From NCBI RefSeq assembly GCF_028641065.1, contig NC_073386.1, positions 16,926,001 through 16,990,000 of the forward strand: a stretch of 64,000 nucleotides of DNA, written 5' to 3'. The notes beneath the pieces were generated by a model. The model did no database searches. It was given only the letters and a program-made list of their open reading frames with translations, and was not told the DNA's origin. Source of the stretch: Leucoraja erinacea (taxonomy: Eukaryota). This document shows, piece by piece, positions 24,901 through 37,755 of this stretch; positions within the stretch are counted from its first letter, which is position 1; the number at the start of each line of letters is the position of its first letter. The translations under genes were made by a program, and so were the position numbers.

Positions 24901-26438
24901 GTAAGTGGGAAATGTAAGGGATATGCTTTTTGTTTGGAAAATATGGGGAATATTTGGTGTATAAAATACAAAAAATATGTAATTTTTTAAATTTCCACAG
25001 AATCCAACATTTCATTAACATTGAACTAGCGAGATCTCTAATGTTCTATATTCTATAATCCTACTAATTGTTCAAAGCTATTTCACCTGGTTGTGGTATT
25101 ACCAGAACAGTAGTTAGGGGCAGTGGTAACATATTCATTCACTGTCATTTTATTATTCACGACTCCCGTGAATTGTGTTGGCAAACATGATTTATTATTC
25201 ACCACCTATTTCCAGAACAATATCTGAAATGGAGCAGGGTCTATGACTGATGTTCCACATAGGGAAATGTGCTATTTTTATGAAAATAGAAATGATTACA
25301 AAATGATTATGATGAGTGAAAATACTGTGAAAACTCAGCAGCTGGTGCCTGTATTTAGAGTCCTGGAAATAATATTTAATTCTAACAAAAGTTCATTGAC
25401 CTGAAACATAATATGCTAAATTTTCTGCATTTCTTTAAGTTAAAAAAAAAATTCAGTAACTGTTTTTGAAGACTTGTTCCCAAATAGAATCAGACTTTTC
25501 TATACTCACCATATCAGCAGACATTAGGGGTACTGGGATTTCTGCTAAAAGCCCATGGTCTTGCGTGAGTTATCTCATAAGCTCTATCTCGGATAAGTTC
25601 TGGGAGTGTTTCTGCCTTTTTTAGGTTGCCTGCCTAAAGCTATAGGGCCATTGAGCTGGTACATGTGCAGCATTACGGTCCAATGGGAGCAAATACAATA
25701 CAGTACTGGACATCATCAATACATTACATTGTATTGCACGTGACAAGCATAAAGAGCAAGCAATGTGAAGTATGCCGAGTGACATATTGATATCCACCTC
25801 AAAAACAAACACATTTGTTTCATCTAGCAGCTTTATTTGTTCTTTATTATTTCTAGCTTAAATTCCTGGCTGAAGGAAATTTCAGAAATTGCTTCCAATC
25901 TGTTTTTCTGACCATGCCCACACCTGATAGATTCCCAATCTAGAAATACAGCCCAGGCTACTTTGAACTTTGCAGCTAAAGATAAACAGCACACCCTTCG
26001 ATGACTTATATGATGAAATCAAAGCACGCATAGTAGAAGTAAAGCTATGAGTTCTCAGAATATATCGGAAACACTCGTCAGGTCCGGCCGCATCTGTGGG
26101 AACAGAAGCACAGTTTTCTCGCCTCTAGTTTATTCCACCCCATCACCCCCTCTCCCACCTCTTTTACTTTCAGCCTGAAGAAGGGTTCCTACCCGTAACG
26201 TCACCTATTCATCAACAGAGTTCATGTTTCGGGTGCTTTCGCACAAATGCAGCCTGACATGCTGAGTATTTCCTGCATATTCTATCCCTATTTATATGAC
26301 CGTTACACACCCCCGACCGACCCTTGACTTGACTATTTTAGATGTCCTGCATCTGTTCTGTTTTTTGATTTTCAATGTCAGTTATCAGATTGGATCCCTG
26401 TTTTGTGATAATTAAATTAACTTGACTCATCTTTTTAG

Positions 26439-26568
26439 GCATGGATCTGTGCAAGAATATTTGATCAAATGTGGATTCAATAGCCAGGAGCAAGAGAAGC
26501 TGAAGAGAAATATAATAATCACAAATCCTCAGCAGCAGCAGCAGCAGGAGCAGCAGCAGTGTATGTAG
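26439..26568 (+). CDS. PtpB/LipA-like phosphatase last coding exon, (M)HGSVQEYLIKCGFNSQEQEKLKRNIIITNPQQQQQQEQQQCM*
   Basis: Acceptor CTTTTTAG, phase matches exon 3. Resembles the family C-terminal YGS..YL..G....LR helix. TAG at 26566-26568; AATAAA near 27122 and 27337. Confidence 0.85.
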
Positions 26569-28974
26569 GATCAATCAGCTCAAGGAATGATTTGCAAGCC
26601 ACAATGTTGTTATGGTTGATTCAGATAAGGCTTTAACTTTGACCACAAGTTTGTGACTAAGTGGCATTGGTTATTTTCTCTGCATCATATCCATCCTTTA
26701 TTTGACTACTATAAACTCTGTTAGTGTGATGCCTTTTACTGCATAGATTTGATCCACCAGTTTGGGATAGCTGCCATTACAAAAAATATATATTGTTTTC
26801 TGCAGCATGATGACACTAAACTCTGTAGTTTGTAATCCAAAAAAAACTCAGGGCGAATAGTAAAGTCTAGATTAAACATCCTTCATGTCAATGCACATTG
26901 TGATTTAACATGCAAAATCCCTTCTTAAAATCATTTGGGAGATTAACTAACAAGTGTTCAGGAGCGACTTGTGTGAAACTTGTTGCTTGTCTCATTTTCT
27001 GTGTAGCTTTAGTCATTCCCATAAATCATTAATAAGAAGTTTACAATCTACGCAATTAATTTGCCTTTTTTATTTTATCAAGGACTGTTTGCAGAGCTTA
27101 TTATAAACACATTCATGCTGAAATAAACTTTGGTTTTTCAACCTGTCTGAGAACTGTTTTCATTCAATATTTTTAAGATGACATGATGTGTAGTGAGAGA
27201 ATACAATGATAGTGGGCCTACATTTCAGCTTTATGTTGCAATTTGCTGGATAAAAAATCCATACAGATTTCTTGCTGAGATAAGAGTGAAATTAAGGTTC
27301 AAAGATAATGGGCAGAAAAAATAGTTCACAAGTTTAAATAAAAAATATATTTTAATGCTCTTGTGATTTTCATCCCATGTTTCTTGCAGAAATGTCCTGG
27401 AAATATATCCTTTCTGGCAATAAACTACAGATCAATTCTGAGGTTTTGAGATGTCTTTTTGCAGCTTTTACCCTTTGGAAGTGTTGGTTTAATGTTAACA
27501 CTTAAAGGCAAAGAATGGTTCTTTCAATGAGGTACAATATGTTTGCTGACACTGTCTTTGAGAGGAAAGAAACAGTGATAAAGATGGTAAAATATGAATG
27601 ACAAAATCAGGTCACAATATTAATGATTAATGACACCCCCCTCTTATCCATGGACCATGACCCCACAGACGAGCACCAGGCCTTTATCTCTAGCACTATC
27701 AATTACTTCATCACTTTTGGCTCCCCACCCTCCCAAGCCTCCAACCTCATCGTTCCCCAGCCCCGCATGGCCCGATTTTACCTTCTCCCCAAAATCCACA
27801 AACCTGACTGTCCTGGCAGACCCATTGTTTCTGCCCGTTCGTGTCCTACCGAACTTATTTCCACATACCTCGACTCCATCCAATCCCTTGTGGTTAAATC
27901 CCTCCCTACCTATGTTCAAGACTACTCACACGCTCTTCGTCTACTCCATGACTTCCGTTTTCTAGGCCCAGGTCTTCATCTTCACCATGGATGTCCAGCC
28001 ACTCTACACCTCCATCCCCCACCAGCGTAGGTAGCGGGGTCTTAAAGCCCTGGCTGCCTTTTTTCAGCGACCGCAGTAAACATTGCATAAAACAATCCCC
28101 GGATTCTATGTGGTGGGGATGAAGGGGGAAACTCAGTCCCCTACCCGCCTAGCGGAGCTGGGGCCCGTCCGACCATAACAACGGTTTTCGCTTTGACCCC
28201 GGCCTCTCTACCCATTGCGAGGCCTCCAAATCCACACGCCCGCAGTAGCTATGGGAAGTCGCGCATCCGGGCCCGCAGCTATGCCCCTGCCTGGTTTTGT
28301 ACTGCGGTGCCGTCGACTCCCAACGTCTTTATGGGAATTATACCAGGTGCCCTATCACCAAACTCTACCTCCGCTACATCGATGACTGCATTGGTGCTAC
28401 CTCCTGCACCCACACACAACTCACTGACTTCATCCATTTCACCACTAACTGCCATCCAGCATTCAAATACACCTGGACCATTTCCCAACCATTTCTTGAC
28501 CTTACTATCTCCATCGCAGGTGATAGACTACTGACCGACATCCACTATAAACCGACTGACTCCCATGGCTATCTGGACTACACTTCTTTACCCCCTGCTT
28601 CCTGTAAGGACTCCATCTCCTACTCCCAATTCCTCCGTCTATGCCGCATCTGCACCCAGGATGATGCGTTCCACACCAGAGATGTCCTCATTCTTCAGTG
28701 AACGGGGGTTCCCCTCTTCTACTATAGATGAGGCTCTCACCAGGGTCTCTTCTATACCCCGTAAGTCTGCTATCACTTCCCATCCCCCCACTCGTAACTA
28801 GGGCAGATTCCCCTTGTCCTCACCTTCCACCCTACCAGCCGTCACATACAACAAATAATCCTCCAACATTTTCGCCACCTCCAATGGGATCCAATCACCG
28901 CCCACATCTTACCATCTCCTCCCATGTCTGCTTTCCGCAGAGACCCCTCCCTCCATAACTCCCTGGTCAATTCA

Positions 28975-30120
28975 TTGCTTAAAGCACACGGTATTGGGGG
29001 TTCAGTATTGATGTGGATAGAGAACTGGCTGGCAGACAGGAAGCAAAGAGTACGAGTAAACGGGTCCTTTGCAGAATGGCAGGCAGTGACTAGTGGGGTA
29101 CCGCAAGGCTCAGTGCTGGAACCCCAGCTATTTACAATATATATTAATGATTTGGACGAGGGAATTGAATGCAACATCTCCAAGTTTGCGGATGACACGA
29201 AGCTGGGGGGCAGTGTCATAGCTGTGAGGAGGATGCTAGGAGGCTGCAAGGTGACTTGGATAGGCTGGGTGAGTGGGCAAATGCATGGCAGATGCAGTAT
29301 AATGTGGATAAATGTGAGGTTATCCACTTTGGTGGCAAAAACAGGAAATAGACTATTATCTGAATGGTGGCCGATTAGGAAAAGGGGAGATGCAACGAGA
29401 CCTGGGTGTCATGGTACACCTGTCATTGAAAGTAGGTGTGCAGGTGCAGCAGGCAGTGAAGAAAGCGAATGGTATGTTAGCATTCATAGCAAAAGGATTT
29501 GAGTATAGGAGCAGGGAGGTTCTACTGCAGTTGTACAGGGTCTTGGTGAGACCACACCTGGAGTATTGCATACAGTTTTGGTCTCCTAATCTGAGGAAAG
29601 ACATTCTTGCCGTAGAGGGAGTACAGAGACGGTTCACCAGACTGATTCCTGGGATGTCAGGACTTTCATATGAAGAATGACTGGATAGACTCGGCTTGTA
29701 CTCGCTAGAATTTAGAAGATTGTGGAGGGATCTTATAGAAACTTACAATATTCTTAAGGGGTTGGACAGGCTAGATGCAGGAAGATTGTTCCCGATGTTG
29801 GGGATGTCCAGAACAAGGGGTCACAGTTTAAGGATAAGGGGGAAATCATTTAGGACCGAGATGAGAAAAACATTTTTCACACAGCGAGTGGTGAATATGT
29901 GGAATTCTCTGCTACAGAAGTAGTTGAGGCCAGTTCATTGGCTATATTTAAGAGGGAGTTAGATGTGGCCCTTGTGGCTAAAGGGATCAGGGGGTATGGA
30001 GAGAAGGCAGGTACAGGATACTGAGTTGGATGATCAGCCATGATCATATTGAATGGCGGTGCAGGCTTGAAGGGCCAAATGGCCTACTCTTGCACCTATT
30101 TTCTATCTCTATGTTTCTAC
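28975..30120 (+). mobile_element. CR1-clade LINE 3' fragment nested in the Penelope element
   Basis: [16 protein letters not shown] and RTRGHSL motifs with the TTTCTATG tail. Confidence 0.9.
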
Positions 30121-30651
30121 GTTTCCCACCCAAACACCCCCTCTCCTGGCACTTTCCCTTGCAACCGCAGGAAATGCTACACTTGCTGCTTTACCTCCCC
30201 CCTTGACACCATTCAAGGACCCAAGCAGTCTTTCCAGGTGCGGCAGAGGTTCACCCGCACCTCCTCCAACCTCATCTATTGCATCCGCTGCTCTAGGTGT
30301 CAGCTGCTCTACATCGGTGAGACCAAGCGTAGGCTTGGCGATCGCTTCGCCCAACACCTCCGCTCTGTTCGCATTAACCAACCTGATCTCCCGGTTGCAC
30401 AGCACTTCAACTCCCCCTCCCATTCTGAATCTGACCTTTCTGTCCTGGGCCTCCTCCATGGCCAGAGTGAGGACCACCGTAAATTGGAGGAGCAGCCCCT
30501 CATATTTCGCAGTTTACACCCCAGCGGTATGAAGATTGACTTCTCTAATTCCAGGTAATCCCTGCTTTCTCCTCCCCTTCTCAGCTCTCCCTCAGCCCCC
30601 TTATCCCCGCCCCTTCCTTTCTTCTTCCGCCCCCCCCCCCCCCTTCACATC

Positions 30652-30686
30652 AGTCTGAAGAAGGGTCGCGACCCGAAACGTTGCCT
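30652..30686 (+). ncRNA. Putative minimal hammerhead ribozyme in the Penelope 3' terminal repeat
   Basis: CTGAAGA-A-GGGTC(GC)GACCC-GAAA-CGTT: hammerhead core, stem II hairpin and palindromic ACGT in place of stem III. Confidence 0.65.
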
Positions 30687-32449
30687 ATTTCCTTCGCTCC
30701 ATAAATGCTCCCTCACCCGCTGAGTTTCTCCAGCATTTTTGTCTACCTTCGATTTTCCAGCATCTGCAGTTCCTTCTTAAACATATTAATGACAAAATCA
30801 GTTCACCTATTTCTCTATGTTTGCCCATGATGGAAAAGTTGTTTTCGCCAAGAGGGATCACTTTTATTGCTAATCACTTCTGTCACTTTGAATTAGTTTA
30901 GTTTAGTTTTGTTTTGAGATACACCACGAAAACAAGTTCTTCAGCCCACCGGGTCCATGCCGACTATTGATCCCTATTCACACTAGTTCAATGTTATCCC
31001 ATTTTCTCGTACACTGCCTATTCACAAAGGGCAATTACAGAGGCCAATTGCCCCGAAACTCGCATGTCTTTGAGATATGGGAGGAAATCAAATCAAATCA
31101 AATCAAATCAACCTTTATTGTCATCTTGCAAAGCAACAGTTGCACAGTGCAAAATGAGAAGACGTTTCCCAGGGAATACCGGAGCTTCGGACATGAAACT
31201 TAAAACATTTCACACATAATAACAATAAAAAACAATCCAGTCCCTGATGAAACAGCATAAATAGTTAAAAGCAGGTAAAACAGCAACATTAAAATACAGT
31301 AAAACCAATCATTAAAATGTCCAGGGCAGCTGATTTGAGTGGCCAGTGTCAGAGTTATTAAAATGTCAATGCAAAGCCGCAGAATCAGATGACTGTGAGT
31401 ACAGATTGACTGTTTAGCAGCCTCAGCCTGTGGCAGGAAGCTGTTTAGCAGTCTTATAGTCTGGGCTTTGATGCTACGGTATCTCTTGCCTGAAACTGGA
31501 GCACCTGGAGGAAATCTACATGGTCACAGGGAAATCATGCAAACTCCACACAGATTATATAGATAGAAGAGCATCAAATTTAATTTATTGATGCTTAACC
31601 AGGGGCTGGTTATAAGGGCAGTCAGCAACCATTTTATGGGAAAACGCAGTAAATTTTAGTTCTGCCATGTCTATTCCTTACATTGGCATGGGAACATCAT
31701 TAACATAGTATAATTTGGATGTAGGACATTTGAGGAATATACCATAAAAAGTTCTGTATAAAATATCGGTACCCTGTTCTTCTTGGGATTGTACTTCAAT
31801 TTTTAATCCCTGACTGTTCAAAAGTTTAAAACGTTTGCGATGAAAGTGCACAGATATCATAGACTACAGCAAAAAAAAAATTGCTGAAGAAGGTTCACAA
31901 CCCAAAACATCGTCCATCCATTTCCTTCCGCAGATGCTGCCTGACCCATTGAGTTCCTCCAGATTATTGCATTGGTGTCATTATAGGCCATGAATATGTA
32001 AAGACCTGTTTCCTGCCTCATTTCAAATCCATGCTCTACATTAAATATGAATAACATAACTTGGTCACTGCTGCATCAGTTTTATCAAACACCAATTAAT
32101 TCTGTTGGAAATTGGCTGTCAATTTTTATTTTTATTTTCTATCTATTCAGAACTCTGTGTTGACTGAGTCTGTCTGTGACAAAGAGTCTTGAGATAGGTT
32201 GAACTTGTACCCACAGTCATAAAAATGGGTACTTTGAAAGTACTACTTTCATACCAATCTCGTTTTCCCTGCTCAGTCACCAGAGAGGTAAAATGGTTGT
32301 GGAAAGATGTTTATAATTTGCTTGCAGACTATCCAAAGTTTGTTTCATCTGAAGATACAGCAAAAAACGGCAATTGGCAAGGACAATTGGCAAAGTGCCC
32401 ATTGGGTTTAAATACTGCAGAGGAAGTCTTCCTGGAATTCATTGCTTGT

Positions 32450-32962
32450 TCAAGTTTTTGGTGGCTCAGATGTGTCGGGGCTCATTATTTCCAACAATAA
32501 GTTTACCAGTTGCAACTTCCCAGCCTTGATCATAGCCCTGGAGAGTTGCAAAATCTTTGGCATATGATTTAGACAAATATTACGCAATTCTTGTTTGATT
32601 CTCTCGAGTTGATACTTTGTCACAGCCTTTTCTATCCACTCTTCCACTTCGAGGATAATCGTCTCCTCGCTGGATTTTCCCTGGATGAACAGTGACAGCA
32701 GCGACTCCATGAGGCGGTGGAAGCTCTCGGAGTACTGTGACCCCACATCGTCCAGCTCGATGGCCTGCTTGAAGCATTCGGCAGCATTGCGTTCCTCACC
32801 TTTGACCTGCAAGCATTTCCCTCGCAGGACCTGGATCTCAGGCAGAGTGTCTCCGGGATCATATTCCATGGCTTTAGCAAAAAAAACCAAGGCACTGTTT
32901 AGAGCATTTTCATCCACAGGTTGAAGTTCCTGCACAGCATCAACACCCATGTAGTAACAGAC
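32450..32962 (-). CDS. TTC22: TTC22 last coding exon (VCYYMGVDAVQELQPVDE...stop)
   Basis: Acceptor CAG, stop at 32450. The seven exons sum to 1689 nt (562 aa). Confidence 0.94.
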   Translation of the reverse strand, partial: VCYYMGVDAVQELQPVDENALNSALVFFAKAMEYDPGDTLPEIQVLRGKCLQVKGEERNAAECFKQAIELDDVGSQYSESFHRLMESLLSLFIQGKSSEETIILEVEEWIEKAVTKYQLERIKQELRNICLNHMPKILQLSRAMIKAGKLQLVNLLLEIMSPDTSEPPKT

Positions 32963-33139
32963 CTGTCAACGATACAGAATTAGGTTAGTCCCCCTCTATA
33001 GACCATAAGATCATAAGACATTGGAGCAGAATTAGGCCATTTGGCCCATCAAGTCTGGTTCGCCATTTGATCATGATCCATCTTGCCATTTCAACACCAT
33101 GCTCCTGCCTTCTATCCATAACCATTGACATCCTTACTA

Positions 33140-33750
33140 TAACCATATAACCATATAACAATTACAGCACGGAAACAAGCCATCTCGGCCCTACAAGTCC
33201 GTGCCGAACAACCTTTTTTTCCCCTTAGCCCCACCTGCCTGCACTCATACCATAACCCTCCATTCCCTTCTCAACCATATGCCTATCCAATTTATTTTTA
33301 AATGATACCAATGAACCTGCCTCCACCACTTCCACTGGAAGCTCATTCCACACCGCTACCACTCTCTGAGTAAAGAAGTTCCCCCTCATATTACCCCTAA
33401 ACCTCTGTCCCTTAATTCTGAAGTCATGTCCTCTTGTTTGAATCTTCCCTATCTCAAAGGGAAAAGCTTGTCCACATCAACTCTGTCTATCCCTCTCATC
33501 ATTTTAAAGACCTCTATCAAGTCCCCCCTTAACCTTCTGCGCTCCAGAGAATAAAGACCTAACTTATTCAACCTATCTCTGTAACTTAGTTGTTGAAACC
33601 CAGGCAACATTCTAGTAAATCTCCTCTGTACTCTCTCTATTTTGTTGACATCCTTCCTATAATTGGGCGACCAAAATTGTACACCATACTCCAGATTTGG
33701 TCTCACCGATGCCTTGTACAATTTTAACATTACATCCCAGCTTCTATACT
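33140..33750 (-). mobile_element. CR1-clade LINE 3' fragment (different subfamily)
   Basis: LYKASVRPNLEYGVQFWSP..LERRRLRGDLIEVFK. Confidence 0.85.
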
Positions 33751-35084
33751 CATGCATTCTATACTCATGCACTCAAACCATGCATTACTAATCAACAACC
33801 ACAATTCAACGATTCAATGATACTTTATTATCACATGTGAGTAGGTAGAATAAAATGTTTGGCTTTGCATATAACCCAGAAAAATCATATAGCAGACCAC
33901 ACCTAGGCAGTACACAAGTGTCGCCACAGTGTGGCGCTGACAAAGTTACAAAAGTTCACTGAACAGTGCTGTCTACTGTCTGCCACCACATCTGGCAGCA
34001 GGCCCCCCTCCCCTCTCCCCTCCCCCCCCCCCCACACTGCCTATCAATCTCCGCTTTATAAATACCCAACGGCAGCTTCCACATCCATATGTGACAATGA
34101 ACTCCACAGATTCACCACCTTCGGGCTAAAGAAAATCCTCCTCATCTCCATTTAAATGGTACAGGTATGTCCTTTTATTCTGAGGCTGTGCAATTTGGCA
34201 CTACACTCTCCCGCTTATCCTCTCCACAACCACTCTATCTAGGCTTTTAACTAGTTAGTTTAGTTTAGTTTTGGTTTATAGACATAACATGGAAATGAGG
34301 TCCATGCTGACCAACCATCCATCACCCGTCCACGAGTTCTCTCCGACATAACCAGCGACAATTCACTGAAGCCAATTGACCAGCAAACCTGCACGCATTT
34401 GGAATGTGCGAGGAAACCAGAGCACCAGGAGAAAACCCATGCAGTCACGGGGAGAATGCGCAAACGTGACAATAAGCTAATCTAAACTAAAAAAAAAACG
34501 AAACACCATGCAAACAACAATTGTAATCAGAATCAAACCCAGATATCTCTATCATTGTGAAGTTTCAACTCTACCACTGCACCACCATGCAATCCTATTC
34601 GGATGGTTGCAATGAGATTACTATTCCACCAGGGATAATGAATATCTTGCGGCACATTTATGAAAGTAGATGAAACGCCACAAGAGCAGTATTTTAATAC
34701 TTTACTCTGCATTATTTCAGTACAGTGAGTTGCAGGATATCCTGACTATCATTCATTAATCATAACATACTCAGCCATCAGCAGTGGCCAGCTTTAAATT
34801 ATTATCTGTCATTGATTTTTAATTTCTCAGGATTGAATCTTTAAACACTGAGATTACATAATCTGACCAGTGTTGCAGGGTAGATTCATGTCTTTTCACA
34901 ATCCACCTGATTTTACACACCATTGACTTGATTTACACACGCTGAATGGATTAGATTAAGAACAACTCTCAGGAGCTGAAGTGAGTTAATGTAAATATAT
35001 CCTGTCAGCTCTGATGTTGGAGCAGTTCTCCCACGACTGTAATAAATGTAAATGTCCCAATTCTCATTCACAGTCAATGCTCAC

Positions 35085-35237
35085 CTGCCCCATATCCAGG
35101 TATGTTTTCAGGCAGGGCCACGCAAGCAATATTAAATCCAAGTCAGCCTTTGCTTCAGTTAGCAACCGCCTGTCAGGCACCCCACCCTGACTTCTCTTGA
35201 CACGCTCAAGGTCTTGCATATACTGCTTTACATAAAC
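35085..35237 (-). CDS. TTC22: TTC22 exon 6 (VYVKQYMQDLERVKRSQGGVPDRRLLTEAKADL...YLDMGQ)
   Basis: AG/GT bounded, 153 nt. Confidence 0.93.
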
Positions 35238-37557
35238 CTGGAAAAACAAATATAAGCAAAAATATTAACTACTTGGCGCAAGAGCTTTCTCCTCTGAGAT
35301 CAGAATTAAATCTTCCTCACTTTATAAACTCATCCTATCCTGTTTGTTCATCTGTGAGGGTTTTTTTGTTAATTTTATTTAAACAGGGACAGTGCATATT
35401 AATAAACATTAATAAACATTAATGAAAATGTACATGTAAATATGCAAGATTATAGCCAGTAGCTAATTTCCATCTTTAGTCCCATTAGCTAAATGTTACT
35501 TTCCTGTTCCCCAGTGCCCCTCATTTAAAATCCTTGCTTTGTCTCAGGTCCTCGCTTCTTATCACTCTTTTGATCGAGACTTATAAACCCATTTCCAATC
35601 CATCCGAACCAATTTTGCCAAAATTCTATTTCTGACCTGTGTTTACATTCCTCCAAGTCCATGACCATTTGGCATCAGCTGCCTGTTACCTCACACTGTC
35701 CCACATTAACCCCAGTTACCAAGTTAATTAAATCCAATTGCAGATGCTTACAGTACTGCAGAAGATGTCCGAAACAGTTTAGTTTAGTTTATTAGTCGTA
35801 TAAAATTTAGAAGATTGAGGGGGGATCTTATAGAAACTTACAAAATTCTTAAGGGGTTGGACAGGCTAGATGCAGGAAGATTGTTCCCGATGCTGGGGAA
35901 GTCCAGAACAAGGGGTCACAGTTTAAGGATAAAGGGGAAATCTTTTAGGGCTGAGATGAGAAAAACATTTTTTACACAGACAGTGGTGAATCTGTGGAAT
36001 TCTCTGCCACAGAATGTCGTTGAGGCCAGCTCATTGGCTATATTTAAGAGGGGGTTAGATGTGGCCCTTGTGGCTAAAGGGATCAGGGGGTATGAAGAGA
36101 AGGCAGGTACAGGATACTGAGTTGGATGATCAGCCATGATCATATTGAATGGCGGTGCAGGCTCGAAGGGCCGAATGGCCTACTCTTGCACCTATTTTTT
36201 ATGTTTCTATGTGTCTATTATTGTCACATAAGATTTATCTTAATTTTCTTGTCTAATTCTCTGCCTATATTTATGATGCCATGTGACTTTCTTTTAAGAC
36301 AGTCAAATCAGTTTGCCCTACTACCTTTAAAGATTAGTGGGACAATCTCTTTCAGGTCTCTCCCTTTCTGACTTGGTTTGTAATCATACCCTTTAATTAA
36401 CATTTCCTCTTAGTCTTCCTGACAAATATATACATTTTCAGTACCTGTATGGGCAGGGAGAGGAGAATAATTTAGTTTAGAATTGTGTATTTTTGTCACG
36501 TACCGAGGTACAGTGAAAGGCTTTGTTGTTGCATGCTAACCAGTCAGGGAAAAGACTATACATTATTACAATCCACAGTGTACAAACACAGGATAAAGGG
36601 GATAACATTTAGTCACAAAGTTCGGTGAAGTCCGATTATAGACAGTCTGAAGGTCTCCCCTGAGGTAGATGGTAGGTCGGGATCACTCTCTAGTTGGTGA
36701 AAGGATGGTTCAGTTGCCTGAATGCAGCAGGGAAGAAACTGTCTCTGAATCAGGGAGGTTTGCATTTTCAAACGTCTGTCCCTTGCCTGATGGAGGTGGG
36801 GAGAAGGGGAAGCGATTGGGGTGAGATTTCGCCCTTGATTCTGCTGGTGGCCTTGCTGAGGTGGCGTGAAGTGTAGATGGAGTCAAGGGAAGGGAGGTTG
36901 GTTTGCACAAAAACTGTGGGTAAACAGTGAAGAAAAAGGCAGATGGAGGCAGATTGATGAAAAGATTCAAGAGCAAAAGAAAAGCCCGAAGAAAGGTATC
37001 GACCCAAAACATCAACTGTCCATGTTCTCCAGGGATGCTGCCTGACCCGCTGAGGTACTCCAGCACTCTGTAACTTTTTTTTAATGACCTCTGAGGTTGT
37101 GCAGTTCCCCTGTCAAAATCCTCTCGAGAGCTCTGGAAAAGATCATGTTATTGATCACTCACTTCTGGGTGAAATTAGACCAAATGTTTTCAGATTTCTA
37201 TAGCGTTTTTCTCGCTTCTAGTATTGCTTTTCTCCTGTCCCTGCTTGCTAGGCTTACCATGTCTACACATACCTATCTGTCACACACCCGCCAACATTGA
37301 TAATAGTGGAAGGTGATGGTGGGTAGCGCAGTGGCACAGATGATAATGCTGCTACCTCACAACACTTGAGTTCCTGATCTCAGGTGCTGCCTGTATAAAG
37401 TTTGCACATTCTCCCTATGTTGGTTTCCTCCGGGTGCTCCGATTTCCTTCCACATCCCAAAGATTAATTTATTTCCATAACTTGCCCTTACAGTGTAGGG
37501 AGTGATTGCAAAAGAGAGATAACATAAAACTAGTGTGAATAGGTGATTTATGCTTTA

Positions 37558-37755
<198 letters not shown>

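Larger units (their letters stand above)
27630..30782 (+). mobile_element. 5'-truncated, degenerate Penelope-like element (RT plus GIY-YIG), interrupted by a CR1
   Basis: RFYLLPKIHKPDCPGRPIVS, YLRYIDD, HYKPTDSHGYL; C-terminal NLIYCIRCSRCQLLYIGETKRRLGDRFAQH. ATATTAATGA on both flanks (27617 and 30783) is a possible TSD. Confidence 0.9.

Noticed and set aside
19738-26568. Bacterial contamination as the source of the phosphatase
   Set aside because: It has three spliceosomal introns containing host CR1, SINE and Helitron-like repeats, and sits between vertebrate genes.
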